Position numbers and translations under genes: made by a program. From NCBI GenBank assembly GCA_036918135.1, contig JBALDB010000008.1, positions 1 to 64,000 of the forward strand: a stretch of DNA of 64,000 nucleotides. The letters are read 5' to 3'. The notes beneath the pieces were generated by a model. It searched no databases, was not told the DNA's origin, and was given only the letters and a program-made list of their open reading frames with translations. Below are positions 40,250 through 50,183 of the stretch, one piece after another. Source of the DNA: Nostoc sp. Lineage in GTDB: Bacteria > Cyanobacteriota > Cyanobacteriia > Cyanobacteriales > Nostocaceae. Numbering within the stretch: position 1 is the stretch's first letter; every line of letters begins with the position of its first letter.

Positions 40250-40497
40250 GAGCAATGCTTTGACAAGTGAGATAGTAAAGCTAGGGAGGGAAAGCTAGGG
40301 AAACACATACAAGAAATTTGCTCCATTTTGAATTCAATTGACAAGCTGTATCCGATACGAACCCAACTCAATATTCTCTAGGATTATAGGTCAATGCTGT
40401 TAAACTCCTTGCGCGATTGTGCCCAAAGAAGCTTCCAAATAACTTTCGCTGGGCAATCATAAATATCTCAAATTGTCAGCAGGAAAAGCTGTTTATT

Positions 40498-40801
40498 GGA
40501 CGCAAACAGTGGAAAAAAGAAAGTGGTTATCATCGACGATATGTGTCCGAAACTGCTATATTTCGACTCAAAACTATCTTTGAGGGTCACTGACGGCAAC
40601 GAGATTTTGACCCTTCGACTGCGCCCTTCTCTTTCAGAGATGCCGAAGCTTTGATACTCAAGCCGCCCTTGTTATTCTTGCAATGTGCAGCCCTCAATCG
40701 CACGATCCAGTTACGCAAACCAGATAGTTATAGAGTGGAAAATTAATTACCAACTCTACCATTCGTTAGTATGTCTTTTTTCTGTTTCATGCAATAAAGT
40801 C
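40498..40801 (+). pseudogene. IS5-family (IS903 group) transposase 3' remnant with probable right TIR
   Basis: GRKQWKKESGYHRR.VSETAIFRLKTIF...QCAALNR.IQLRKPDSYRVE; end TTCATGCAATAAAGTC. Confidence 0.7.
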
Positions 40802-40880
40802 ATAATGAATGGCTCTACCCTAATCTTTGTCAATAACTAAGGATTAATCAGATCGTTTTGGAATCTATTGAGAAGATATC

Positions 40881-42881
40881 ATGAGTAAATTGACTAACGT
40901 AATAAATAGTAACAATTTAACTTCCCTTGCTGTTCAACAACTTACACCAGAACGGGCAGAGGCTTATGGCGGTACTACGTCTGTAACAAGCACGACGAAA
41001 ACCAACATTAACAACATTGATGGTCTGTTAGCAGGAACTCAATGGCTGTCGAACACAGTGACCTTCAGCTTCACCGACGACTTTGTTAACGACTATGAAG
41101 ATGAGTCAGGCTATAGTAATTCGTCGGTACATGCAGCTAGCTTCCAAACCTTGAACGCCAGCCAGCGTGCCGTCGCCCGCCAATGGTTTGATATGTACGA
41201 GTCTGTCTCTGGACTCAATATGGTCGAACTGACTGATAATAGCGATCGCGATGCAACGATCCGCATAGCAGAATCGAACGACCCTAGCACAGCTTATGCC
41301 TATAACCCTGGAAACAGCGTCGAAGCAGGCGATGTATGGTTCAATACATTTTATTACAATAACCCAGTTATTGGCAGCTATGCCTATCATAGTTTCGGAC
41401 ATGAGTTTGGTCACGCGCTGGGACTGAAGCACGGTCACGAGACTGGTGGTATCTCAAACGTCGCAATGGATGCCAACCGCGACTCTATGGAGTTCTCGAT
41501 TATGACCTACCGCTCTTATGTGGATACCCCTCTTAGGGGATACTTCACAAACGAGACTTGGGGATATGCACAGTCGTTGATGATGTACGACATCAAAGCG
41601 ATTCAGCAGATGTACGGCGCGAATTTTAACTACAACTTTGGTAACACGACTTACACTTTCTCGACCAACACTGGAGAAATGTTCGTTAATCGCATCGGAC
41701 AGGGCACACCAGGTGACAACCGCATCTTCCGCACAATCTGGGATGGTAATGGAAACGACACCTACGACTTCTCAAACTACACCACTAATCTAGCGATCGA
41801 CTTGGAGCCAGGTGGATGGACTAATTTAGATGTCGGCGGTAACTTCCAGCGGGCCTATCTTGGTGACGACAACTATGCTCGTGGACATGTGTTCAACGCA
41901 TTGCAGTTTAACGATGACACGCGCTCATCGATCGAAAACGCCAACGGTGGATCGGGCAATGATAGTATCAACGGCAACAGTGCTAACAACGTTTTGTGCG
42001 GCAATGCTGGTAACGATACAGTCAACGGTGGCAGTGGCTATGATTACATGGATGGTGGTGCTGGTGTAGACACCGTTGATTACACATACTGGGGTGATGG
42101 AGGCACTTACAACCTGGCAACTGGTGTTGCATCCTTCCCATGTTTCTATGACGAGTATATTCTCAACTTCGAGAACATCCTTACCGGAAGCGGTAATAAT
42201 AATGTAATTGGTAGTGCGGCAGATAATATAATTGTCACTGGCGTTGGTAACGATACAATCAGCGGTGGAAGTGGCGATGATTACATGGATGCTGGTGCTG
42301 GTACAGACACCGTTGATTACACATACTGGGGTAGTGGAGGCACTTACAACCTGGCAACAGGTATTGCATCCTTCCCAAGCTTCTATGACGAGAATATTCT
42401 CAACTTCGAGAACATCCTTACTGGAAGCGGCAATGATAATGTAATTGGCAGTGCGGCAGATAACATAATTGTCACTGGCGCTGGTAACGATACAGTCAAT
42501 GGTGGATTCGGCAATGATACGATCGCTGGTGGATTTGGTAACGATATCCTGACTGGCAATACAGGTGCAGATTACTTTAAGTTTGAGTCTTTCAATGAAG
42601 GTATTGACCAGATTACAGATTTCCTCGTATCCAATGACACAATTGATGTTTCAGCGGTTGGTTTTGGAGGAGAATTAGTAGCTGGAACATTTATTACATC
42701 CGCTCAATTTGCGATCGGCGCTACAGCTACTGATGCATTTGACCGATTTATCTATAACAGCATTACTGGCGCTCTCTGTTTCGATCGAGATGGAAGTCTT
42801 GGATGCTTTACTCAAGTTCAGGTAGCTACGCTCAGTGCTGGACTTACCATGACCAATAATGATGTTTTCGTTATAGCTTAG
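40881..42881 (+). CDS. Serralysin-like M10 zinc metalloprotease with RTX repeats
   Basis: HEFGHALGLKH zinc motif, SIMTY Met-turn, TIWDGNGNDTYDFS, GGxGxD repeats. Confidence 0.93.
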   Translation: MSKLTNVINSNNLTSLAVQQLTPERAEAYGGTTSVTSTTKTNINNIDGLLAGTQWLSNTVTFSFTDDFVNDYEDESGYSNSSVHAASFQTLNASQRAVARQWFDMYESVSGLNMVELTDNSDRDATIRIAESNDPSTAYAYNPGNSVEAGDVWFNTFYYNNPVIGSYAYHSFGHEFGHALGLKHGHETGGISNVAMDANRDSMEFSIMTYRSYVDTPLRGYFTNETWGYAQSLMMYDIKAIQQMYGANFNYNFGNTTYTFSTNTGEMFVNRIGQGTPGDNRIFRTIWDGNGNDTYDFSNYTTNLAIDLEPGGWTNLDVGGNFQRAYLGDDNYARGHVFNALQFNDDTRSSIENANGGSGNDSINGNSANNVLCGNAGNDTVNGGSGYDYMDGGAGVDTVDYTYWGDGGTYNLATGVASFPCFYDEYILNFENILTGSGNNNVIGSAADNIIVTGVGNDTISGGSGDDYMDAGAGTDTVDYTYWGSGGTYNLATGIASFPSFYDENILNFENILTGSGNDNVIGSAADNIIVTGAGNDTVNGGFGNDTIAGGFGNDILTGNTGADYFKFESFNEGIDQITDFLVSNDTIDVSAVGFGGELVAGTFITSAQFAIGATATDAFDRFIYNSITGALCFDRDGSLGCFTQVQVATLSAGLTMTNNDVFVIA

Positions 42882-43158
42882 TCAAAAACTTTGATGTTGT
42901 TGGGTTTCACTACGTTCAAACACCACTCCTGCTAAGAAGCCCGTCTACAGCAGTGGCTTTGTGTGGCTTGAAGAAGATTATAGACAGGTTGTCCAACTTT
43001 ACCTGACAAAAATGTGAAAAAAATAACATCAAGAAAAACTAAAGGAAAAGTTGACGAAGAGTAATATTAAAACAATGGCAAACTTTAGAGAGGAAGTGCA
43101 AACAAGCGCGAGGTCTATAAGCATTGTCACAGCTAGATAGATGTAACCACACCAATCA

Positions 43159-43359
43159 TTGACTGAAGCTTATGGATATATCGGAGAGCATCATCCAATG
43201 CAACCTCAAGCAACCTGGGCAGAAGCATTCCGTGTGATGTGGAACTTGTTATTGGATGATGTAGTCGCTTGCGGATGCTATACACCGAGCGATCGCTACT
43301 TTATGTTTAATCTTTTAGAGCAACATAAAAAAATAGTAGTGTATGATACAGTTTGCTAG
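43159..43359 (+). CDS. Hypothetical small protein or gene remnant
   Basis: 66-aa ORF, TTG start, no recognised motif. Confidence 0.25.
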   Translation: MTEAYGYIGEHHPMQPQATWAEAFRVMWNLLLDDVVACGCYTPSDRYFMFNLLEQHKKIVVYDTVC

Positions 43360-43524
43360 TAAATGTGCAAAGGCTGATTGCTTTGGGTAAACTATAAGAT
43401 TAGCTTATAAATAAGCCTCAAAAATCAACTTAAAATCAACCAGATGGCAAGTAAACTTCACAGGCTACTCGATAGTTGCGGTCTACAGCTTGGCGTAAAA
43501 ATTCAAGCATCTGTTTGAGAGTAA

Positions 43525-43623
43525 GGGACTTCCAAATAAAAATATTCCATCGCCTTTAGAGCAGGGAGAGAGAAAGTCGTTTTGATAGGCGTGAAATTGG
43601 ATAATTTATTTCTTGGAAGTCCC
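43525..43623. mobile_element. 99-bp MITE with TIRs and TAA target duplication
   Basis: TAA|GGGACTTCCAA...TTGGAAGTCCC|TAA. Confidence 0.85.
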
Positions 43624-43820
43624 TAAACAGATGAGAAATATTAATAAAAAATTGGTATACCGATCAAAAGATTCTTCATTGTGACTACATCTAAAATATT
43701 GTAGTTTTAAATATGTTAAAGACTACTTTCATTTCGTATGAAGTTCAAAATGGCTAAATTATAAAAATTGAATATTTAGCTTTGACAAAATCCAATAAAT
43801 TTTGATGTTGGAGGTTTAAG

Positions 43821-44462
43821 ATGAAACTCAGTTTATCTAAACTATGGTTGATTCCATTGGTTTTAACCTCAGTCAGTTTTTGCTTAGATGCAGCGAAAGC
43901 GGCAGCACAAACCATATATCCATTTACTGGCAACTATCGTACTACAGTTAATATCCAACCCATATCAGGTAATGTTTCACAGGTATTTGAGACAGGTGTA
44001 AGTGATGATGCACCTTATAATTTAGGACTATATAAGGGTCTGACATATTCTGTAACTGATAATAATGGAAATATAACGTTTAGTAATAATCCAGAAGTTT
44101 TTGGTATCCAAGATTTTCCATTAGGCTACATCGTGTTTGGCAGTGGTACTAACAAGTTGTTTGGTACTAGTGATGCCAGTGCTTCAGTTAATTTTGAGAA
44201 TTTGACAGCTGAAGGTTCTGGCATCGTAAATATTACTGGTGGTGAGGGCATATTCCGAAATGCTACAGGCAAACTATTGTTCTCTGAAGAGGACACAGTA
44301 AACTTGGGAGCAACTATTACCTTGAATGGTTTAGCTTCAGTCAACGGTTCTATCGAAGTTACTCAGGCAATCCCAGAACCAACAACTATGACATCACTAA
44401 TTGGTATAGGTTTAATCGGAGGCGGTTTTCTTGTGCGTCGGTGCTATCGTCGATTAGCTTGA
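43821..44462 (+). CDS. PEP-CTERM sorting-domain protein
   Basis: Signal peptide (AKAAA|Q) and C-terminal IPEPTT + TM + basic tail; GGAGG RBS. Confidence 0.92.
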   Translation: MKLSLSKLWLIPLVLTSVSFCLDAAKAAAQTIYPFTGNYRTTVNIQPISGNVSQVFETGVSDDAPYNLGLYKGLTYSVTDNNGNITFSNNPEVFGIQDFPLGYIVFGSGTNKLFGTSDASASVNFENLTAEGSGIVNITGGEGIFRNATGKLLFSEEDTVNLGATITLNGLASVNGSIEVTQAIPEPTTMTSLIGIGLIGGGFLVRRCYRRLA

Positions 44463-44599
44463 TTTTTTAACTTAGTCCGATTTTATCACTTTCAGAAAAT
44501 AAAAATAATAGCCAATTTATCAACTATAGATAGAATAAGAGTTTGAGGATTTATTTCCTAACAGAATGGCTCAAATCAAAGTTTTTGGAAAAGTTATTC

Positions 44600-44900
44600 T
44601 ACAGTAAGGTTTGCAGCTAAGGAATGTTTTGAACGACCAGTAAATGTGGTAGTCGAAAACGTAGTGTCGAGATGCAGGCGATGTCTGACGACAAGCTGCT
44701 TCTCTACAAGACGCACTCGCACTCGCGTCTACGTTAACGCAATCCTATACATATTATCTACGGGTTGCACGTGGCGAATGCTCCCGAACGATTTTCACGC
44801 ATTGGAAAACTGTGTACCATTATTTCCGACAGTGGGGTAAGGACGGGACGTGGCAACAAATTTATGAGCGATGCGAAAAGTGGGTGTGTCTGCACCGTTG
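44600..44900 (+). pseudogene. IS5-family transposase N-terminal remnant with 49-bp nested repeat insertion
   Basis: VNAILYILSTGCTWRMLPNDF..WKTVYHYFRQW.KDGTWQQI; insert at GCGAT|CGT, 44683-44731. Confidence 0.8.
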
Positions 44901-45111
44901 GCTTTAGATGGCGATCGCTATTATGGATGGTATCGAAACCAGGAGTGTTAAAGGTGGATACTCACTGGAGCGTTTTAAGTTTAATTCCGGCTAGCTACTT
45001 AATAGGTAATTGGAATTTCTTGTTTCCCCATTCCCCATTCCCCATTCATGCTGAGCGGAGCCGAAGCATTACCGACCCTCACAGATATCATAAGTATTCA
45101 ACCGGACATAA

Positions 45112-45570
45112 TATCAAAGAAGGAGATATTATCAAAGCTGGACAAGTAGTGGCAATTTTAGACTCACGTGCCCGCTTGCAAACTGCTGTACTACAAGCTG
45201 AAAAACAAGTTAGAGTCGCCCAAGCTAAACTCGCTCAGGTAAAAGCTGGTGCGAAATCTGGAGAAATTAGCGATCGCTATATTAGAAGCTGTCGATTTGG
45301 CAGCTCGTGTCAATTATTACCCAGAGAATCTTTCAGGGGGACAGAAGCAAAGAGTTGCGATCGCTCGTGCTTTAGTCAGTCATCCTAAGATTGGCCTAGC
45401 AGATGAACCCACTGCTGCAATAGATAAAAAATCTGAACGCGATGTTGTGGAATTAATGCAGAAGCTGGCTAAAGAATAAGGCTGTACAATTTTGTTAGTG
45501 ACCCATGATAATCGCATCCTCGATATTGCCGGGCGCATCGTTTATATGGAAGATGGTCGGCTTAAGAGGT
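45112..45570 (+). pseudogene. Fused remnants of a DevB-type membrane-fusion protein and a DevA-type ABC ATPase
   Basis: KEGDIIKAGQVVAILDS...[12 protein letters not shown] joined to AIAILEAV...[15 protein letters not shown]...DEPT...*GCTILLVTHDNRILD. Confidence 0.85.
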
Positions 45571-45694
45571 TGTTTGAAAAGTCGAGCAGGTTGTAAAAAA
45601 GCTCTCTCAGTATACCAGGGCGATCGCTTACGATGCGATCGAATTGCTTTCTAATTGTTGATTTTCCCCTTGGACAATCCACTTAAACACCTCT
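45565..45694. mobile_element. MITE-like element with AGAGGTTGTTTGAAAAGT / ACTTAAACACCTCT imperfect ends
   Basis: Imperfect inverted ends abutting the devA remnant. Confidence 0.45.
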
Positions 45695-45887
45695 GTGGCT
45701 ACTATTCCGAAAGCAGTTTGTACTGTAGATAGTAAAAATCCTAAAGGAGGAGTTAAAGGGGAAGAAATGTGCTTGTGTCTTTGAATAAACCCTTCAATCG
45801 GTCTATTATCTCGCTTTTGGTTTACTGATTGTGAATGTGAATCGCTAAAATCAAAGTGTCTACTTAATCGAATTTGCTCTAAAAGTT

Positions 45888-46256
45888 TTGGCTACTGTAT
45901 CTTGTCCCCGCTGCCATCAACTGATTGATAGTCAAGCTATTAGTTGTCCCTACTGCCGGACAACACTTAAAGCTTACGGTCATCCCGGCATTCCATTGCA
46001 TCGTGCCACTGGGGACGAGTATTTGTGCGACACCTGCACCTATCACGCTGATGATACTTGCAATTTTCCCCAGCGTCCCTACGCTAAAGACTGTACCCTC
46101 TACCAAAATATTGAACAGACAAAGTTAGAGTTGGAACAGCAGCGTTACACTAACAGTTTTGCTGTAACTGTGAAAAGTTGGGTAAAACGCAATCAGGCTT
46201 TACTGTTGCTATTAGGTTTATTATTGGTCTGTTTGTTCTTCAGTCTAGTAACTTAG
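45888..46256 (+). CDS. Zinc-ribbon membrane-anchored protein
   Basis: CPRC...CPYC, CDTC...C...C and a C-terminal TM helix. Confidence 0.8.
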   Translation: MATVSCPRCHQLIDSQAISCPYCRTTLKAYGHPGIPLHRATGDEYLCDTCTYHADDTCNFPQRPYAKDCTLYQNIEQTKLELEQQRYTNSFAVTVKSWVKRNQALLLLLGLLLVCLFFSLVT

Positions 46257-46268
46257 GTAAGTTTGAAA

Positions 46269-46293
46269 TAATCCCCCGTTAGCTGGGGGATTA
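46269..46293. terminator. Hairpin between convergent genes
   Basis: TAATCCCCC-GTTAGCT-GGGGGATTA. Confidence 0.65.
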
Positions 46294-46317
46294 GTCATTG
46301 GTAACTAGCCCCTGACT

Positions 46318-48258
46318 TTAGGCTGTCGTAATTGTGGGCGTTTCCGGCTCAACCTGTATCGATGGTGCTTCTTCTTCAAATACTGCTAAGTCGAACCAAA
46401 AAGTGGTACCAATGCCAACTTCACTTACCAAATGGACTTTACTACGATGCCTATCGATGATGTTTCTGACAATCGATAAACCTAAACCCGTGCCTTCTAG
46501 GGTGTGAACTCGGTTTTCTACGCGGAAGAAGCGGTCAAAAATTGAGTGTTGATCTTCTATAGCGATGCCAATTCCAGTATCAGAAATTTCAATTCTGACT
46601 GGTGAAGATTGGGCGCGATCGGGCTTAGAATTTAGTTGATAAGCTCGGATTGCGACTTTACCACCAGCTTTTGTGAATTTGAGGGCATTACCAATCAGAT
46701 TACCAAATACTTGTAGCAACAAATCATAATTGCCTACCACCAAAGGTAAATTAGGGGCAACTTCTTGAATCAGTTCAACACATTTATCTTTAGCATTGAG
46801 TTGGTAAGTGCGTAGTGTTTGCTCGATCGCTTGGGTTAAATCTACTCCATCAAAGCTATAGTTGCGACCAGATTCGAGTTTTGACAAATCTAAAACATCG
46901 TTAACTAAGCGAGTCAGGCGATCGGTTTCATGGTTCACTGTTTGGAGAAACTCTTGGCGTTCTTTTATATTTAAGTCTTCACCGTAGTCGTGCAGGGTTT
47001 CAATATAGGTTTTGATGTTGAATAGAGGCGTTCGCAGTTCGTGAGAAACATTGCTGATAAATTGGCTTTTGGCTTCGTTTAATTCTACTTCACGGGTAAT
47101 ATCTTGGACAGTAATCGCAATGCCTTTAATGCTTTCTCGTTGCAAGTTGAGTACTGTAGTCAAGAGAATCCGGATTGTCCGCTGGATGGGTTGGTTGAGA
47201 AAAATCCGGAATTCGGCGCTTTCGCATTCGCCTGCGGCCATTTCGTACAAAGGGCGAGTGATTTCCATTTGTATTGCTGGGGGTAAGTGATACAACACAT
47301 TGTGCCCTACCACTTGAGCGGCTTCCCAACCAAAAATTTGCTGCGCTGTGGGGTTGACTAAAATCACCTCCATATTGTTATCAATCAACACAGCACCATC
47401 AGCGATGGTAGAAACTAAGGTTTCTAACTTGGCTTTTTCTGCGGTTAGTTCCTCGATATTTTGTTCTTCATAGCGCTCTAATCGCTCTGCCATATCATTA
47501 AAGCTGAAAATTAATTCCCCCAGTTCACCCCCTAAAGGTAAATTAATTCGCTGCTTGAAATTTCCAGTTGCAATTTGTTTCACTCCCGCTAGCAGTTCTT
47601 TAATCGGCTTGGTGATGGTCAAAGCGTTAATCACTCCTGCCAAAATCACCATTACCCAAATCGTAATAAAAACCGCAATGGTGACATCGCGGGTAAAATT
47701 TGTGGAGATGACAGCAGTCTGATTAGGATTAATGCCGATCGCTAATACACCTAAGTATTTTTTCTCGACGATCAAGGGAATAAATACATCCGTAACTGTC
47801 CCCGATGGGGTTGTATGTTGTCGCACCATCGGTTTTTCCCCATCACCAGGGTAATCTTCTGGCAGCTGTATCCGCCGCTCAATAGTAAGGGAGTTTTCTA
47901 CCTCCGGTTCCCAAAAAGGAATGCCAAAAAAGATTTTCCCAGTTTCATCAGCGTAGAGCATATAGCGCACGCTAGAGGTGCTGGTATAGAAGCGCTGGGA
48001 AAATTGGGCAACCTCAGTCAGATTATTATTAGCTACTAAGGGGGCAACGTTGGCAGCAAGCAGCAGTCCCAAATCACGCCCGAAGCGGGTGTCATTCATC
48101 CGTGCATCCTGCTGAATGGTGTTCACAGCCCAGAAGGTCAAACCACTCATCACTAGCGAAACTACCATTGTCGCCACAGCCAACAGTTTGGTCTGGAGGG
48201 TGAAATCAGACCACCAACTAGCGATTGCATCTCGAATTGTTTTAAACAGAGCTAGCAT
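46318..48258 (-). CDS. nblS: Sensor histidine kinase NblS/Hik33 (2 TM, HAMP, PAS, HisKA, HATPase)
   Basis: QDARMNDTRFGRDLGLLLAANVAP, SNVSHELRTPLFNIK and FFRVENRVHTLEGTGLGL. Confidence 0.95.
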   Translation of the reverse strand: MLALFKTIRDAIASWWSDFTLQTKLLAVATMVVSLVMSGLTFWAVNTIQQDARMNDTRFGRDLGLLLAANVAPLVANNNLTEVAQFSQRFYTSTSSVRYMLYADETGKIFFGIPFWEPEVENSLTIERRIQLPEDYPGDGEKPMVRQHTTPSGTVTDVFIPLIVEKKYLGVLAIGINPNQTAVISTNFTRDVTIAVFITIWVMVILAGVINALTITKPIKELLAGVKQIATGNFKQRINLPLGGELGELIFSFNDMAERLERYEEQNIEELTAEKAKLETLVSTIADGAVLIDNNMEVILVNPTAQQIFGWEAAQVVGHNVLYHLPPAIQMEITRPLYEMAAGECESAEFRIFLNQPIQRTIRILLTTVLNLQRESIKGIAITVQDITREVELNEAKSQFISNVSHELRTPLFNIKTYIETLHDYGEDLNIKERQEFLQTVNHETDRLTRLVNDVLDLSKLESGRNYSFDGVDLTQAIEQTLRTYQLNAKDKCVELIQEVAPNLPLVVGNYDLLLQVFGNLIGNALKFTKAGGKVAIRAYQLNSKPDRAQSSPVRIEISDTGIGIAIEDQHSIFDRFFRVENRVHTLEGTGLGLSIVRNIIDRHRSKVHLVSEVGIGTTFWFDLAVFEEEAPSIQVEPETPTITTA

Positions 48259-48395
48259 CTTAAATAAAGTTGTTAGTAGTCCTTGTTATAAACCCCAACA
48301 ACTAAAAAATTAACAGTTAATTTGACAAATATGTTAGAGACGAGGGGGGAATGGCAAAATTCAGTAGATCGCAGAGTTTTCCCAAAGAGCGATCG

Positions 48396-48740
48396 CTAAG
48401 ATGCTACTGCAAAATCTGTGTACTGCCGCATCTTCGGCTCGTGGAATGCTAACACTATATCCTGCTTGGCAACACCTGCACGAACTAGGTCACTTGCGAT
48501 ACCATCTTCAGTCCAATCTTCCTCGATCCAGAATTTGCCATCTCGAATCCGAACATAGACAGTCATACCAGTAATGCGTTCGCCATTTTGCCAACCAAGG
48601 TTCATCCAAATATAGTGACCCTTTGGCTCATCCATAATCAAAAATGTTTCGATGTCTCGGTTGGAACGACGGTTACATAGTTCTACATACTCTGTTAAGA
48701 TACGCTTAATTATTTTAGGGTACTCAGTTAATTTATCCAT
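48396..48740 (-). CDS. xisI: XisI-family protein
   Basis: MDKL..Y...HYIWMNLGW...IRDGKFWIEEDWTEDGIASDLVRAGV..DIVLAFH. Confidence 0.9.
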   Translation of the reverse strand: MDKLTEYPKIIKRILTEYVELCNRRSNRDIETFLIMDEPKGHYIWMNLGWQNGERITGMTVYVRIRDGKFWIEEDWTEDGIASDLVRAGVAKQDIVLAFHEPKMRQYTDFAVAS

Positions 48741-49144
48741 TGTCCGATCTCCTCTGTCTCAGTATCAACGACAATGAGTGGAAGTTGATGTTTCTGGAGG
48801 ATGAGTTGAATCACATCCTGCTGCAAAAAACTTCTGTAAGCGATCGCACCAACAGCCAGATAAAGTTTACGCTCTGGCGCTGTCTCCTCTAAAAGATAAC
48901 GATAGATGTCGTACTGACCCAGAGCCTCTTTTAAATCTTGTATTTTTGATGCCCCAACAAAACTTTTTACTTCAACAACAAGTTTTTGCCCATCTCGTTC
49001 AGCCGCAATGGGGCGTTCGGCACCCAGATCGGCGTACAACGTTGTTCTGCGATACTGAATAATGTAAGGATCGTCTGTAATCGTCCAGCCGTCCTTCATC
49101 AGTGCGTTTTTTATCGCATTATGGATAACGTCTAATTTGGGCAT
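48728..49144 (-). CDS. xisH: XisH-family (PD-(D/E)xK-like) protein
   Basis: HNAIKNALMKDGWTITDDP, DLGAE, VEVKSF and ALGQY motifs; overlaps xisI. Confidence 0.9.
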   Translation of the reverse strand: MPKLDVIHNAIKNALMKDGWTITDDPYIIQYRRTTLYADLGAERPIAAERDGQKLVVEVKSFVGASKIQDLKEALGQYDIYRYLLEETAPERKLYLAVGAIAYRSFLQQDVIQLILQKHQLPLIVVDTETEEIGQWIN

Positions 49145-49291
49145 AGCTTAAGTATAAGTCAGCCTCGCTGGCTAATGGAAATTAGGGCTGACCTTAAAGC
49201 CGACATCAGCCTGTGTTTGGATTGGATACCTTGAACTTAATTAAGTTTTAAAGATATTGCAGGTATCTTAACCCATAAGTTTTAGAAAAAT

Positions 49292-49650
49292 TTACAAATC
49301 AACTTCTAACTCCAAATTAGTTTGCAAAGTATTCAGTCTAGGAGTGACCCATTTTTGATGCCAGTAGCTTACTAAATCTCTTTGAGTAAAGTCTTTCCAT
49401 ACCAGCTCATTTGTATCTCCTAACAGATACTCCTGCCAATTTTCAGCCAGAGTACAACGATAATATCCTCTTTGCCACCCTATACTAAGCATATCTTGTG
49501 ACAAACCAAGTTCATGCAAACCTCTTTTCAAGATACGCATTTTCCAATTAGGGCCTTCGCCAAATTTGTACGTATTAAAAACCTCGTCTGGTACAGCTTG
49601 CCTAATTAGTTCCCAGCTACCATTTGCTGTTATATGAAGATGGCTTTGTG
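49292..49650 (-). pseudogene. C-terminal fragment resembling Druantia DruA (DUF4338)
   Basis: HLHI...YKFGEGPNWKMRILKRGL..LGL...LAENWQEYLLG...YWHQKWV.PR. Confidence 0.55.
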
Positions 49651-50183
49651 CGTCTGCTACGCAATTTATCAATCTTAAAGAGGATTGGCCCCTTATCCTC
49701 AAAAACTGTTTCTCCTACACAGAGATATCCAATCGCAGCACCGTTTTCATTCGTTTTATTAAGGATTGATTCTATCTCGCGTTTATTCAAATGTCTTGCA
49801 ATGTAAGAAACGATTGGTAGTTTCCTCACAGCCGTTGTGAAAGCAATCGTAGAGCCACTGTCTCTAAATGTACCTAAAATACGAACTTTATATGTGTAGC
49901 TAAACATCTTTTGTTTATCTCGCTCAGAAAGAGAGCTTTCTGCAATTCGAGCATAATGTACAGCAACTAAAGTTTTCTCTTATGACTTAAAAATAGGGTC
50001 TTCGTCGTAGATTTCGGCCTCAACTCTGGCCAGATATTTTGTATTACCCTCATCTTTAGGAGTTAAAACAATAAAATCACCAGTTTGTGGACTGGCTTTA
50101 GCATCTTCATAAGAAGAATAAATTAATAGCGCATCTTCAGTTGTCTTTTGACCGTATAAAACACCAAAGTCAGCCTTTGCCAT
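49650..50183 (-). pseudogene. N-terminal part of a HerA/DUF87-like ATPase with an internal stop, truncated before Walker A
   Basis: ORFs 49980-50183 and 49617-49907 are in one frame separated by a single TAA; GDFIVL...YLARVE...VRILGTF...RKLP...IGYL...IDKLRSRRT. Confidence 0.5.

Noticed and set aside
44765..45388. 207-aa ORF
   Set aside because: Chance read-through across an IS5 remnant, a dispersed repeat and a devB fragment
48396..49144. xisH/xisI as marker of an fdxN-type excision element
   Set aside because: No recombinase and no interrupted nif/fdxN/hup gene nearby; xisHI pairs are commonly scattered in Nostoc genomes
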